DNA of 64,000 bases, from IMG/VR virus record IMGVR_UViG_3300042922_001018, one strand, 5' to 3'. The DNA is from a virus. Lineage: Duplodnaviria; Heunggongvirae; Uroviricota; Caudoviricetes. The notes beneath the pieces are model-generated. The model saw only the letters and a list, made by a program, of their open reading frames with translations. It made no database searches and had not been told where the DNA came from. Positions 39,822-48,768 of the stretch are shown here, one piece after another; positions within the stretch are counted from its first letter, which is position 1; each line of letters starts with the position of its first letter. The translations under genes were made by a program, and so were the position numbers.

Positions 39822-40146
39822 CGAGCTTGACGCCCTGGTTCTCCGCCCACCCCTGGTTGCTGAGCACGTCATCCACGAGTGCCGCAGTCAGCGCGGGCTT
39901 CGGGTCGAAATCACCGTAGAGAGCCTCGCCCTCGACAGCTTTCTGGAGAAGGGGCAGAAGCGCCTCGTGCCTTGTGCGCACCGACGCCGGGAGCGTCGCC
40001 ATCTCCAGGTCTCGCTGGAGATTCTGAGCGACATGAGCAGCGAGCGAACGCAGCATGTAGATTTCGTCCACCGCGACGCTGATAGCCGACGGCTCGTGAG
40101 CACCGAACGAAGCGCGGTAGGAGACTTTCGCAGGAGAGACTGACAT
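39814..40146 (-). CDS. Hypothetical protein
   Basis: TTGACA-17-TACGAT promoter puts start at 40146. Confidence 0.65.
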   Translation of the reverse strand: MSVSPAKVSYRASFGAHEPSAISVAVDEIYMLRSLAAHVAQNLQRDLEMATLPASVRTRHEALLPLLQKAVEGEALYGDFDPKPALTAALVDDVLSNQGWAENQGVKLDG

Positions 40147-40178
40147 ACCGCTCATCGTAACCGCTTCACCGGCTCATG

Positions 40179-40748
40179 TCAAGGAGCACCGAGCTGAAGC
40201 GCATACTCCAGCGGGATGCCTGACCTCCATGCGTCGATAACCGCGGGTGTCTGCACCCGGCCGCGGAGAAGCGGAACTGCGTAGTCGGGAGGAACCCCTT
40301 CGCGCTGAAGCAGAATGACGTTCCCGACGGTCACTTTCAGGGCCAAACCGTCTACCTGACCGTAGCCGATGTCCACGCCCTCATCGTAGAAACGGAGGAC
40401 AGTGTTCGGTGTCCAGCGGTGCATAGCAATCGCGTATCCGGCAGGGACTCCCGCCTGATAGAAAGCCGCGAAGACAGCCACATCGCGAGCGCGCTCCAGC
40501 TTCACAGCCCGACGCAGCTCCCCGACGTACTTGCGCGGCACACCGGCTTCCACCAGGCTTCGGTGGATTTCCGCGGTCTCCTTGTACTGGAACGCGTACC
40601 AGCCTAGAGCTTCGACCCACGCATACGCTTCGTCGTACGTCAGCCGAGCAAGACGCGGGAACTCGACCGCTCTCCGGATGTATGACGGTGACGGCGCCCC
40701 ACCACCGATGGAAGGAACCAGCCGCTCGTAGTCAGTCCGGTCCATCAT
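40179..40748 (-). CDS. PxEY-tail family protein (5 repeats)
   Basis: GVPRKY, GVPAGY, GVDIGY, GVPPDY, GIPLEYALQLGAP*. Confidence 0.85.
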   Translation of the reverse strand: MMDRTDYERLVPSIGGGAPSPSYIRRAVEFPRLARLTYDEAYAWVEALGWYAFQYKETAEIHRSLVEAGVPRKYVGELRRAVKLERARDVAVFAAFYQAGVPAGYAIAMHRWTPNTVLRFYDEGVDIGYGQVDGLALKVTVGNVILLQREGVPPDYAVPLLRGRVQTPAVIDAWRSGIPLEYALQLGAP

Positions 40749-41296
40749 GCGAGGTCGTCTCTACCCGCAACCATCGGCGCAGCGTATTCCGCCTCGATGC
40801 CGGAACGCCACATCTCAATGATGGTGTGGGCCGGGATGTTCGGTCCGCTGTAATCTCCGAACACTGCCGCAGCGTACTCAGCAGGAACACCGGCATCGAA
40901 CATGAGCCGGACCTTCCCGAAAGCAGGCATGGAAGGCCGAGTCTCATCCGTCCGCCCAAGCTTCCGAGGGAGGAACGCTCGCGCCCAAGGCGCAGCCGTG
41001 TCCGCATCCGTACTCAAGTTCAAGGGGTAGCTCAGTAGCCCTTGAATCGGCTGACCAATGCGCGTGCGAACGTTCAGGTCGGCCGACACTGCCATGCGGA
41101 GGTCGCGGCCGGGGGAGTCGGTTTCGGAAACGAAACCGTAGTAGCGGAGAAACGCTTCCGGGTCTGAGAAGAGAGCGCGAACACGAGCTTCGTGCCCTGG
41201 TCTCGCAGGGTCATGAGCGAACCGCTTCATCGCCGCCTCGTACAGCCCCTTCGCGTCATTCGCGTCGAGAAGCAAGTAGATGGCGGCAGCGGTCAC
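40745..41296 (-). CDS. PxEY-tail family protein
   Basis: GVPAEY, GIEAEYAAPMV. Confidence 0.8.
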   Translation of the reverse strand: MTAAAIYLLLDANDAKGLYEAAMKRFAHDPARPGHEARVRALFSDPEAFLRYYGFVSETDSPGRDLRMAVSADLNVRTRIGQPIQGLLSYPLNLSTDADTAAPWARAFLPRKLGRTDETRPSMPAFGKVRLMFDAGVPAEYAAAVFGDYSGPNIPAHTIIEMWRSGIEAEYAAPMVAGRDDLA

Positions 41297-41655
41297 AAGC
41301 CGAGCTTCTCCTTCAGCGCGAGGTAGGTCACCATGTCGCGCTCCCGCTCGGTCGGCTCGAACAGAGCGCTCTTCGGCATCTTCAGGTAACGCGCCGAGCC
41401 GGGGCCACGGTCGTTGTCGGTGAACTCGCGGATGCTGATGTCGTCGGACTTGTCGTCGAAGACCGACGCGCGGTCAACGGTGAACGAGACGAACCCGCCG
41501 CCACGCTTCACCCGTTCATCGACATCGAAGTTCTCCGCCGCGAGGATGAACGTCTTGAAGCGTTCGAGAACGAAGTCGAGGAACCGCTCCGTCTCCTGGT
41601 ACGCCTCCTTCGCGCGGTCGAAATCCGAAGCGGTGAACTCCTGTGCCTGTGCCAT
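41293..41655 (-). CDS. Hypothetical phage-like protein
   Basis: Start moved to 41655 (TTGACG-18-TACGAT); ends YLALKEKLGL. Confidence 0.7.
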   Translation of the reverse strand: MAQAQEFTASDFDRAKEAYQETERFLDFVLERFKTFILAAENFDVDERVKRGGGFVSFTVDRASVFDDKSDDISIREFTDNDRGPGSARYLKMPKSALFEPTERERDMVTYLALKEKLGL

Positions 41656-41695
41656 GAGTCCATCGTACACCTGAAGGCCGTCCACCGTCAAGCGG

Positions 41696-42424
41696 TCAGA
41701 GCACCTCGGCAATGTAGTCCACTGGGATACCCTCGCGGTAAGCCGCCAGCAGCTTCCAGATGGGGAGCATCGGGAACTTCATGACCAGGAAGATGGCCTC
41801 CTGCGGTGGCACGCCGTTAGCAAGCATGGCACCGTACCGTTGACGTGCGCCCTCAGACGTGTGCTTGAAGCGCATGTTCGAGCGGTCACGGGTCACCCAC
41901 GCGAACGCCTCCGCTGTCCCGAAGCCCGGCTGGAGGAGGGCGACCACCTGAAGCCGGTGCTCCGCAGGAAGCTCTTCTAGCTCAGCAACGGACGGTCGAA
42001 ATGCGTACAGCGGAGCAAGCAGCAGGGAGACCGGGCGAGCAACCGTGCCGCGCCTTGCGGTCTCCTCGTACTCGCTGAGACCGAACATCTCGAAGACCGA
42101 ATCGAACTTCGTGTTGAGGGCCGTAACGATGTTCTCCTGCGCCGCGCGCACGCCACCCAGACTATGCAGCGACTCATCCGGCTTCTCATCAGGGATGAGC
42201 GGGTCCAACTCACCGTGGTGGGTACTCCAGAAATCGAACCACATCGCTGCGGTCTCCATCTGAAGAACGGGGAGCGTTGACTTCCCGTCGTAGAAGGAAC
42301 AGAAGCTCCGAAACAGCGAGCTACGCTCCGCCGCTGGATACTCGGCGGGAGCCTCACGGATGATGTGCTCCAGCATCGGGGTCGTCTCGAACTTCGGAAG
42401 TTCGTGAGCCGCAATGGGCATCAC
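41696..42424 (-). CDS. PxEY-tail family protein (paralogue of 50643-51371)
   Basis: FETTPML, LYAFRPSV, GVPPQE, GIPVDYIAEVL*. Confidence 0.8.
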   Translation of the reverse strand: MMPIAAHELPKFETTPMLEHIIREAPAEYPAAERSSLFRSFCSFYDGKSTLPVLQMETAAMWFDFWSTHHGELDPLIPDEKPDESLHSLGGVRAAQENIVTALNTKFDSVFEMFGLSEYEETARRGTVARPVSLLLAPLYAFRPSVAELEELPAEHRLQVVALLQPGFGTAEAFAWVTRDRSNMRFKHTSEGARQRYGAMLANGVPPQEAIFLVMKFPMLPIWKLLAAYREGIPVDYIAEVL

Positions 42425-42753
42425 ATCACCGTCGCGAACTCAGCGGGGATGTTCTCGTCCCAGAGGTCCGCGATGTCGTAGACGGTCAGGTCTCGACGGT
42501 CCGTGAACTGGAGAGCGTAAGACGGGTCCACATTCCGGCGCCACAGGATGACGATGTCGAACGCGTTGCGGTCCTGGCCGTACGCGAGTGCGTACTCCGG
42601 TGCGACCTTGTCCTCGAACAGGACGCCGATGAGAGTGGCCGAGAAGTCCGCGGGGAACGCGGCCGTGTACTCTCCGGGGACACCATGCACCTTCCGCGGC
42701 GCCGAACTGGTGGGCGTGCGGAAGCGGCGGTTGGTTCTCACGCTCTGGTCCAT
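42421..42753 (-). CDS. PxEY-tail family protein
   Basis: GVPGEY, KVAPEY, NVDPSY, NIPAEFATVM*; start moved to 42753. Confidence 0.75.
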   Translation of the reverse strand: MDQSVRTNRRFRTPTSSAPRKVHGVPGEYTAAFPADFSATLIGVLFEDKVAPEYALAYGQDRNAFDIVILWRRNVDPSYALQFTDRRDLTVYDIADLWDENIPAEFATVM

Positions 42754-42807
42754 GAGGCCAGAGTACATCAGAACTCGAAGCGTGTCTACTCGCTAGTCGC
42801 GAATACG

Positions 42808-43374
42808 TTATTCGCTAGGCGAAAGACGCGTCAGGTTCACCGTGTACGACGGGTCGCGGCCCTCCTGGGGCGGCTGCACCAAAAGCTGCGCTTCCCAGAC
42901 CTCGTTCGAGAACTTCACCGAGCGCAGCCCCGGAGCCAGTTCCTCGTCCGCGATGAGCTTCCACTCGGCGAACGAGAACTGCTCCACCAGCGTGTCGAAC
43001 GCGGCCTGGTCCCCAGAGAACAAGAACTGGTACTTAGAATCCTCGAAGTGCCAGAGCGCGCCACGGAGGTGCGCGTTCACCTGCACCGGGACACCATACG
43101 GGTAGCCCTGAGGAACGCCGTTGAGGACATCGAATGTCCCGTTCGGCTGAGACTTGCGCGCATCCGGGAAGACCTGCGCGGTCTCCGGAGTCAAGACGAC
43201 ATACCCTTCGGCCGGGAGAGTCAGAGCCGGAGACGGTGTCTCGACGACCTCAGCAGAAGCCGCGTTCGGCGCCGAATCCGAAATCATCGGCGGCACGATG
43301 ATAGAAGCCGCAGCCGAAGCAGCGAGAAGCAGCGTAGCGCCCGCAGCGAGAAAACCAGTCTGAACCTTGCCCAT
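42808..43374 (-). CDS. Secreted or membrane-anchored hypothetical protein
   Basis: N-terminal signal/anchor (GFLAAGATLLLAASAAASIIV); TGgTAGACT -10. Confidence 0.7.
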   Translation of the reverse strand: MGKVQTGFLAAGATLLLAASAAASIIVPPMISDSAPNAASAEVVETPSPALTLPAEGYVVLTPETAQVFPDARKSQPNGTFDVLNGVPQGYPYGVPVQVNAHLRGALWHFEDSKYQFLFSGDQAAFDTLVEQFSFAEWKLIADEELAPGLRSVKFSNEVWEAQLLVQPPQEGRDPSYTVNLTRLSPSE

Positions 43375-43398
43375 AGGGGTGAGTCTACCAGACGTTTT

Positions 43399-43959
43399 TC
43401 AGAACGAAGGCGCCCCGAGAAGACTCGCGAACTCCAGCGGCATGCTGTCCAGATGCGCCGCCACGATGATGTCTGCGGGCACGCCTGCGAACACCAGAGG
43501 AGCGGCGTAACCGGCTGGTACGAAGTCGTCGTTCTCGACGAGGTCGCTGAGAATGACGAAAGTCTGCGGGCCGTATGCACTCCCCACCGCGGGCAACTCG
43601 ATGATGTACTCCAGGGCGTCCGGGTCGAAATCCGTCATGCGCCAGAGCTTCGCCCTCGCAAAGAACGCCGAGAGCTTCGTCACCGTCTCGCCCGGCTCCA
43701 GCTCAACTACGCTCGTGTACCGCTCCAAGTCGGCATGGTAGAACGCCGCGCGCATCGCAGCGGCAAGTGCCTCATCGCTCGCCTGCGCCAACGGGAAGTA
43801 CCGGTCGAACAGCTCGCGGTCGCTCAGTTCCTCCTCATCGAGTTGAGAGGGGAACAGGAATCGCGTCCGCCACATCCCAGGCCCAGAGGATGCTCGCCGT
43901 TCGGAAGCCTTACGGCGGTTCAGGATGGCTCGGCGCTCAGCGCGAGGGATGTCGGACAT
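43399..43959 (-). CDS. PxEY-tail family protein
   Basis: FVPAGY, GVPADI, SMPLEFASLLG. Confidence 0.75.
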   Translation of the reverse strand: MSDIPRAERRAILNRRKASERRASSGPGMWRTRFLFPSQLDEEELSDRELFDRYFPLAQASDEALAAAMRAAFYHADLERYTSVVELEPGETVTKLSAFFARAKLWRMTDFDPDALEYIIELPAVGSAYGPQTFVILSDLVENDDFVPAGYAAPLVFAGVPADIIVAAHLDSMPLEFASLLGAPSF

Positions 43960-43968
43960 CGGACTCTC

Positions 43969-44736
43969 CTACAAGGTCTCACGTTCATAGTACGCGGCGA
44001 GGTACTCGAAAGGGATACCTTCGGAGGCCATTCGGATGACATCCGCAGCTTTCAGCTTCAGCTTCAGCCCGCCAGCGAGGTACTCCGCGCTCACATCGGC
44101 GTCATGGGCATCGCCCAGCAGCTTCGCGTATGCGATGGTCGCGAAAATGCCCTTCTGCGGTGAGATGGCTGCGGAGACTTCTGCCGGGTATCCAGCGGGG
44201 ACACCGCGGCTCCAGAAAGTCGCCACCGCCGAAGCGAGATTCTGCTCTCCCAGCGTCGTGATGTACTCGAAAGTGATGTCCGGGTCAATCACCGAGATGG
44301 TAGACAAATGGAACAGGAACTTCTCGTTCACGGCTGTCTCCGGAGTCAGCGCGAAGATGAACTCCTCCGGGATGAGGACGACAGCCCGTCGGACGTTGGC
44401 CATGTGCTTGTGGTGCCAGTTCTCTACCGAGTACCGGTGCTTGATGAGGTCCATGTAGCACCCAAGCTTCAAGATGTTCTCGTCGGTGACATCACCGTCG
44501 AACCAGCTCATCTCCTCGATGGCGACCATCACCGGTTCCCAGTCCTCCGTCCATAGACCGGCCCCGGATGAGACCGCCTCGTCGAGCGCTTCGAGAACGT
44601 CACGGTCATCAACACGCCGACGGTAGACGCAGTCGAGGAAAGCGGAGAACGAGTCCCAGCCTACGGTGTCGAAGACCGGCGTCATGTTCGAGCAGCCCAG
44701 CTCCTCCAGGAACCATTCGACTTTCGCGTTCGTCAC
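43969..44736 (-). CDS. PxEY-tail family protein
   Basis: GVPAGY, DVSAEY, GIPFEYLAAYY; start moved to GTGA overlap. Confidence 0.8.
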   Translation of the reverse strand: MTNAKVEWFLEELGCSNMTPVFDTVGWDSFSAFLDCVYRRRVDDRDVLEALDEAVSSGAGLWTEDWEPVMVAIEEMSWFDGDVTDENILKLGCYMDLIKHRYSVENWHHKHMANVRRAVVLIPEEFIFALTPETAVNEKFLFHLSTISVIDPDITFEYITTLGEQNLASAVATFWSRGVPAGYPAEVSAAISPQKGIFATIAYAKLLGDAHDADVSAEYLAGGLKLKLKAADVIRMASEGIPFEYLAAYYERETL

Positions 44737-45677
44737 GATGTCACCTCCAGAAGATACTCGGACGCGATACCGTCGGCGTGCGCTCGGATGACCACCGAAG
44801 TTGCCACGCCCCAGCCGACAGAGCGTGCGTAGTTTCCCGGCACTCCCGCTTGATACAGTTCGATGATGTCCGCCGCCGTACGACCAGCGCAGACGTACGC
44901 GTAATCGGCCGGGACACCCTCCGCGTGCAGCGCGAGAATGAACCAAGCGCTCAGGTCGATGTCTTCGGCCAGCTCAGTGCTCAGCCTCGCGAAAGGCGCA
45001 CCAATCGTCTCCGCCGAGATGTCCGTGGATGGAGCGGCAGTCCGGCTGTGGTCGTACCGGAGAGACTCCAGGTACGCGCACGCTGTCGCGACACGGCTGG
45101 CGTAGAAGCCGTGGACCCCTGCCACATGCAGCTCGCGCAGCGACGCTGCGTTCATCGGGGACACCTCGCGGCTCAGGCCGAGGGAGACGACACGCACGAA
45201 ATCGACAGGCAGCTTGTACGAGATGAGGCACCGGTACACATGGTTCCGGTCATCGGCGTTCGTGATGCGGTACGAGTCGAAAGCGCGAAGCTGGTCCGTA
45301 TCCAGCGCGCTGACTCGGTCGTACGTCTTCCACACCTGGGTCGAGTCGGCCGACTGAAGGAGGAGAGGGTCGGCGTCGAGGAAGTAGTGCAGGAATACCG
45401 CGAGATGCGAAGCGCTGATGTTCAAGAGCTTCGCCTCGGCCACCCGGTGAAGGATGTAGGCGAGACTCTGAACGGCGTCTTCGGTCTCATACCGCGCACG
45501 AAGCTGCCCGGTAGAGATGTCCGGGCCGATTTGGTCAGAGTAGTCCTCGAAGATGGTCAGGAAGAAGGACGTGAACTCGTCCCAGCTCGTGAAGAGCTGC
45601 TGAGCCGCAAGCCGCGCATAGTGACCGGCTTCCCACTCGTCGAGAACCCGTTCAACACGGACATCCTGATGACCCAT
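44733..45677 (-). CDS. PxEY-tail family protein, HxD N-module subfamily
   Basis: HQDVRVERVLDEW...LFTSWDEF; GVPADY, GVPGNY, GIASEYLLEV. Confidence 0.85.
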   Translation of the reverse strand: MGHQDVRVERVLDEWEAGHYARLAAQQLFTSWDEFTSFFLTIFEDYSDQIGPDISTGQLRARYETEDAVQSLAYILHRVAEAKLLNISASHLAVFLHYFLDADPLLLQSADSTQVWKTYDRVSALDTDQLRAFDSYRITNADDRNHVYRCLISYKLPVDFVRVVSLGLSREVSPMNAASLRELHVAGVHGFYASRVATACAYLESLRYDHSRTAAPSTDISAETIGAPFARLSTELAEDIDLSAWFILALHAEGVPADYAYVCAGRTAADIIELYQAGVPGNYARSVGWGVATSVVIRAHADGIASEYLLEVTS

Positions 45678-45709
45678 CCTGTCACGCTACCACAAAACCG
45701 CGTCCGGCG

Positions 45710-46633
45710 CTACCCGGCAAGCTCGCACAGGTACTCGGCAGCGATGCCGTCGGCATGCCCCTGAAGAACATGCCGAGTTCGGAGGGCTTCGCCCACCGCT
45801 TCGACGTACGCGCCGGGTACACCGGCCTCATACAGTTTCACGATGTCTGCCACCGTCCGACCGGCGCACGCGACCGCGTACTCCGCCGGTACCAGTTCCA
45901 TGTGCAGCGCAGCGATGTACCACGTGGCTGTCATGGAAGACTGCGTGTCCCCGAGCGCCAGATGCAACCGTCGGTACAGCGAGCCGATGGACTGCGTCGA
46001 AGGTAGCAGATGTGACCGCCCCTTCGTCGGCTGCTGGATAGACGGGGCGACAGTCACCGCGTAGTTCGCTGGTACTCCCAGGGACCAGAGATGCTTCACA
46101 GCCACCGGATACAAGCCTGGCATGAACGAGATGTCTCGCACGTAATCAAACGGGAGCCTGTGCTGCGAGAACATCTGCTCCACGTTCCACAGGTCGCGGC
46201 TGTCCATGATGTCGTACGAGTCGAAGACAGCGAGCTGGTCTGTGGAAAAGTACCGCAGCTTCTCCCACAGCGGAGCAATGTCCCGAGCCGCGTCGGCATC
46301 CGCCAGCTTCTCAGAACTGAGGAACGTCATCGCGCGAAACACTGCTGCGATACGGTGACGGTCTTCGCTCAGGGCGCCGCCGGACTCCTGAGCGAACGTC
46401 AGAAGGTCCATCGTGTACAGGTGACTGTCTGAGTCGTCGTAGAAGCTTCGGAGAACGCCCTTCTGAACATCGAGCGATACGACGATGGAGACGGGAGTGT
46501 TCGAGAACACCTGAACGAAGAACTCAGCGAACTCTGCCCAGTCGTCGAAGAGCCGACCGGCGGCGAGTCGGGCAGAACGCCCCGCGCCAAGAGAGGTGAG
46601 AGTTCGCTCCACCAGAGCGTCCGGATGACCCAT
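45710..46633 (-). CDS. PxEY-tail family protein, HxD N-module subfamily (tandem paralogue of previous)
   Basis: HPDALVERTL...LFDDWAEF; LVPAEY, GVPGAY, GIAAEYLCELAG*. Confidence 0.85.
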   Translation of the reverse strand: MGHPDALVERTLTSLGAGRSARLAAGRLFDDWAEFAEFFVQVFSNTPVSIVVSLDVQKGVLRSFYDDSDSHLYTMDLLTFAQESGGALSEDRHRIAAVFRAMTFLSSEKLADADAARDIAPLWEKLRYFSTDQLAVFDSYDIMDSRDLWNVEQMFSQHRLPFDYVRDISFMPGLYPVAVKHLWSLGVPANYAVTVAPSIQQPTKGRSHLLPSTQSIGSLYRRLHLALGDTQSSMTATWYIAALHMELVPAEYAVACAGRTVADIVKLYEAGVPGAYVEAVGEALRTRHVLQGHADGIAAEYLCELAG

Positions 46634-46689
46634 GGCGCCACCCTACCACGGACGTTGACACGCGTCCAGTTCCGCGTTACAGTGGTGCC

Positions 46690-46845
46690 ATGTCAGACTT
46701 CGAACGGACCGTCCGGATGTTAGCTCACCTGTTGCGCCCCGGCCACCGGCTGATGCGTTGCATCGACAACGGGATGCGCCGCTGGTATTCGGACCGCATC
46801 GGCCGCGTCTACCCCTGCGCATGCGGGAAGCGCTTCTACGCCTGA
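46690..46845 (+). CDS. Small putative Zn-binding protein (51 aa) not in ORF track
   Basis: TTGACA(46655-60)-17-TACAGT-6-ATG; GHRLMRC...YPCACGKRFY. Confidence 0.65.
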   Translation: MSDFERTVRMLAHLLRPGHRLMRCIDNGMRRWYSDRIGRVYPCACGKRFYA

Positions 46846-46851
46846 GCCTCG

Positions 46852-47583
46852 TCAGATGAGGGGGAACGCATCGTCGCCGCCCAGCTCCCGCAGTTCCGCG
46901 ACAGTCATTCCCAGCCGGAAGCCCGTGATGATGGGTTCGTACCGTCGGATACCTGCGCCCCATGCGGTCTCTAGAAACAGCGGGTTCACTTCCGCTTCGA
47001 TAGCGTGGACGAAGTCGTCTGTGCTCACGTTGTGCTTCCGCGCCACGGGGATGAGGTCACGCGAATCCCAGAGGACATCGAGGCCACGGCTCGGGTTGGT
47101 GCCGAAGACTACCTCGACCGCTGCCCACTCCGCCATGTAGGAGTAGAGAGCGCGTCCCTCCTCGCTCGAAGGTGAGAACGCAGGGACATCGGACGAAGCT
47201 CGGGGTACGAAGATACGGCGGTACAACGAGTCGAAGTGGTCGTGAACTGCGAGCAGGTACGCCTGGTCAAGAGCGCGGCCGGTCAACCCCAGACTGTCGA
47301 TGCGAGAACAGACAGAAGACGAGATGTTAAAGAGCAGCTCGGGCGAGAGGAACCGTAGCTCGTCATCCAGGTCCAGCTCCGCGCGCAGAAGGCGCCAGAG
47401 GCAGAACCTCGCTTCATCCCGGACCGACTCGATGAACATGTCGAGTCGCTGGTCCAGGGCAGCTATGCCTTCTTCGAGGATAGCAGCGTCCGGGTCGAAG
47501 ATGCTCTCCTCTGCGACGGCAGAGTAACGGGTCGCCCACCGCGTGAAGGCGGCACGATAGTCCCGCTCGGCGAACCCGTTCAT
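46852..47583 (-). CDS. Divergent PxEY-tail-like protein
   Basis: Repeat-like C-terminus (NVSTDDF, EVNPLFL, GMTVAEL); start moved to 47583 (TAAGAT -10). Confidence 0.6.
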   Translation of the reverse strand: MNGFAERDYRAAFTRWATRYSAVAEESIFDPDAAILEEGIAALDQRLDMFIESVRDEARFCLWRLLRAELDLDDELRFLSPELLFNISSSVCSRIDSLGLTGRALDQAYLLAVHDHFDSLYRRIFVPRASSDVPAFSPSSEEGRALYSYMAEWAAVEVVFGTNPSRGLDVLWDSRDLIPVARKHNVSTDDFVHAIEAEVNPLFLETAWGAGIRRYEPIITGFRLGMTVAELRELGGDDAFPLI

Positions 47584-47622
47584 AGCGCCCATCTTACTGC
47601 ATGGTCGGGCGATGACCGATGT

Positions 47623-47638
47623 TCGAACACGTGTTCGA
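47623..47638. promoter_or_regulatory. LexA (SOS) box, perfect
   Basis: TCGAAC-ACGT-GTTCGA matches actinobacterial consensus TCGAAC-N4-GTTCGA. Confidence 0.8.
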
Positions 47639-47657
47639 ATGTAAGGGTCGAGCTTAT

Positions 47658-47673
47658 TCGAACGTGTGTTCGA
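47658..47673. promoter_or_regulatory. LexA (SOS) box, perfect
   Basis: TCGAAC-GTGT-GTTCGA. Confidence 0.8.
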
Positions 47674-47678
47674 ATAGT

Positions 47679-48134
47679 TCAGTCCTGAGCGGAAATGAGG
47701 TACTCGACGGAGATGCCGTGTCTCGCGCCTTCGGCGATGACCTTCGGGTCGGTAACTCCCGCTCCGAGGCATGCCTCCAGATACTCCGGCGAGCAGTCTG
47801 CTTCTACGAGAGGCCAGATGTTCATGTTCTTCCGGCTGCGCAGAACCTTCAGCATGTCACGGGTCTCGGGCGTGCCACCCTGAACAAGCCATCGGGCAAG
47901 AAGCTCCATCGACGTGGAGCCGAACAGCTTGCCCTTCTCGATGCACACGCGAAGGTCAACGAACGCGAGGTTGCCCTCCACCGCGCGTACCGTCTCCAGC
48001 ACATCTTCGACCGGAACCGTGTCAACGATGCCGATGTCGAAGCCGGGAGCGGGTTCCGTGTTGGGGACTGCCAGGTTTTCCTGCACAGCCCGGCGGAGGC
48101 GGTCGCGGAAGCGGGAATCAGCGTCGTCAGACAT
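47679..48134 (-). CDS. PxEY-tail family protein
   Basis: DCSPEY...GISVEYLISAQD*; TTGACA-18-TATGCT promoter puts start at 48134. Confidence 0.8.
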   Translation of the reverse strand: MSDDADSRFRDRLRRAVQENLAVPNTEPAPGFDIGIVDTVPVEDVLETVRAVEGNLAFVDLRVCIEKGKLFGSTSMELLARWLVQGGTPETRDMLKVLRSRKNMNIWPLVEADCSPEYLEACLGAGVTDPKVIAEGARHGISVEYLISAQD

Positions 48135-48186
48135 GGCACTAAGCATACAGTATCGAACGGCAGACTGTCAAGAACGCCCCTCAGGT

Positions 48187-48202
48187 TCGAACATCGGTTC
48201 GA
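48187..48202. promoter_or_regulatory. LexA (SOS) box, perfect
   Basis: TCGAAC-ATCG-GTTCGA, 15 nt beyond the -35 of the 48134 gene. Confidence 0.75.
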
Positions 48203-48302
48203 ACAGACTATCTGCGTCCCGAAACGGTCGTTCTGGGGCAAAACGGACGCGGACAGCACTTCGATACGCGGACGAGTGTCCATCCATCGAGTGTTCATAG
48301 CT

Positions 48303-48362
48303 TTTCGGTAGACCGAAAACAGGCGTTGGAGACGCTCTGGACGCAGTTTCGGTGCACCGAAA
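48303..48362. promoter_or_regulatory. Palindromic sites TTTCGG-N4-CCGAAA (copies 1 and 2)
   Basis: 48303-48318 and 48347-48362, 44 bp apart. Confidence 0.65.
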
Positions 48363-48364
48363 AC

Positions 48365-48443
48365 AGAAAACCCCTGGTCAGAGCGGAAAAGAGGGTCTCG
48401 AAGGCTGTGTCCCGGATTTTCCTCCTGTGACCAGGGGTTTTCT
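48365..48443. repeat. 16-bp perfect inverted repeat, 47-nt spacer
   Basis: AGAAAACCCCTGGTCA (48365-80) / TGACCAGGGGTTTTCT (48428-43). Confidence 0.8.
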
Positions 48444-48720
48444 TCAGAGTGAGCTTGCCTGCGTCCCGGCCGGACACAGAGTCTGGGAAAATCCTGGGAA
48501 CGGGTGATTCCAGTGGGTGACTGGCGAAACCCGCGGATTTATGCGGGAAAATGACCCTCCCCTACTACTACTTACTCTTCAAATTAGGTAAGAATTAGAT
48601 AGATAGAGGGAGTGCGTCACTGCGTCCCGAATGAAACGCGGGTCATACGCAATCGGTCTTTATTGTGTATAACCAAAGGGAAGCCCTAGTAGGGGGTGTT
48701 CCCCAGGGATACAGCCGCGA

Positions 48721-48736
48721 TTTCGGTTCACCGAAA
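48721..48736. promoter_or_regulatory. Palindromic site TTTCGG-N4-CCGAAA (copy 3)
   Basis: TTTCGG-TTCA-CCGAAA. Confidence 0.65.
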
Positions 48737-48768
48737 AGTCGTCGAGTCGAAACCGCTGCGTTCGAACA

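Larger units (their letters stand above)
48212..48629 (+). repeat. Iteron-like 10-bp direct repeats CTG(C/T)GTCCCG x4
   Basis: Copies at 48212, 48405 (1 mismatch), 48459, 48620. Confidence 0.6.
48135..48768. other. Large non-coding control region, candidate replication origin
   Basis: Only long gene-free stretch; direct repeats, inverted repeat, palindromes, AT-rich tract at about 48560-48680. Confidence 0.5.

Noticed and set aside
42802-42818. Small hairpin GCGAATA-CGT-TATTCGC at the end of 42808-43374
   Set aside because: The 7-bp AT-rich stem overlaps the coding end and has no U-tract; too weak to call a terminator.
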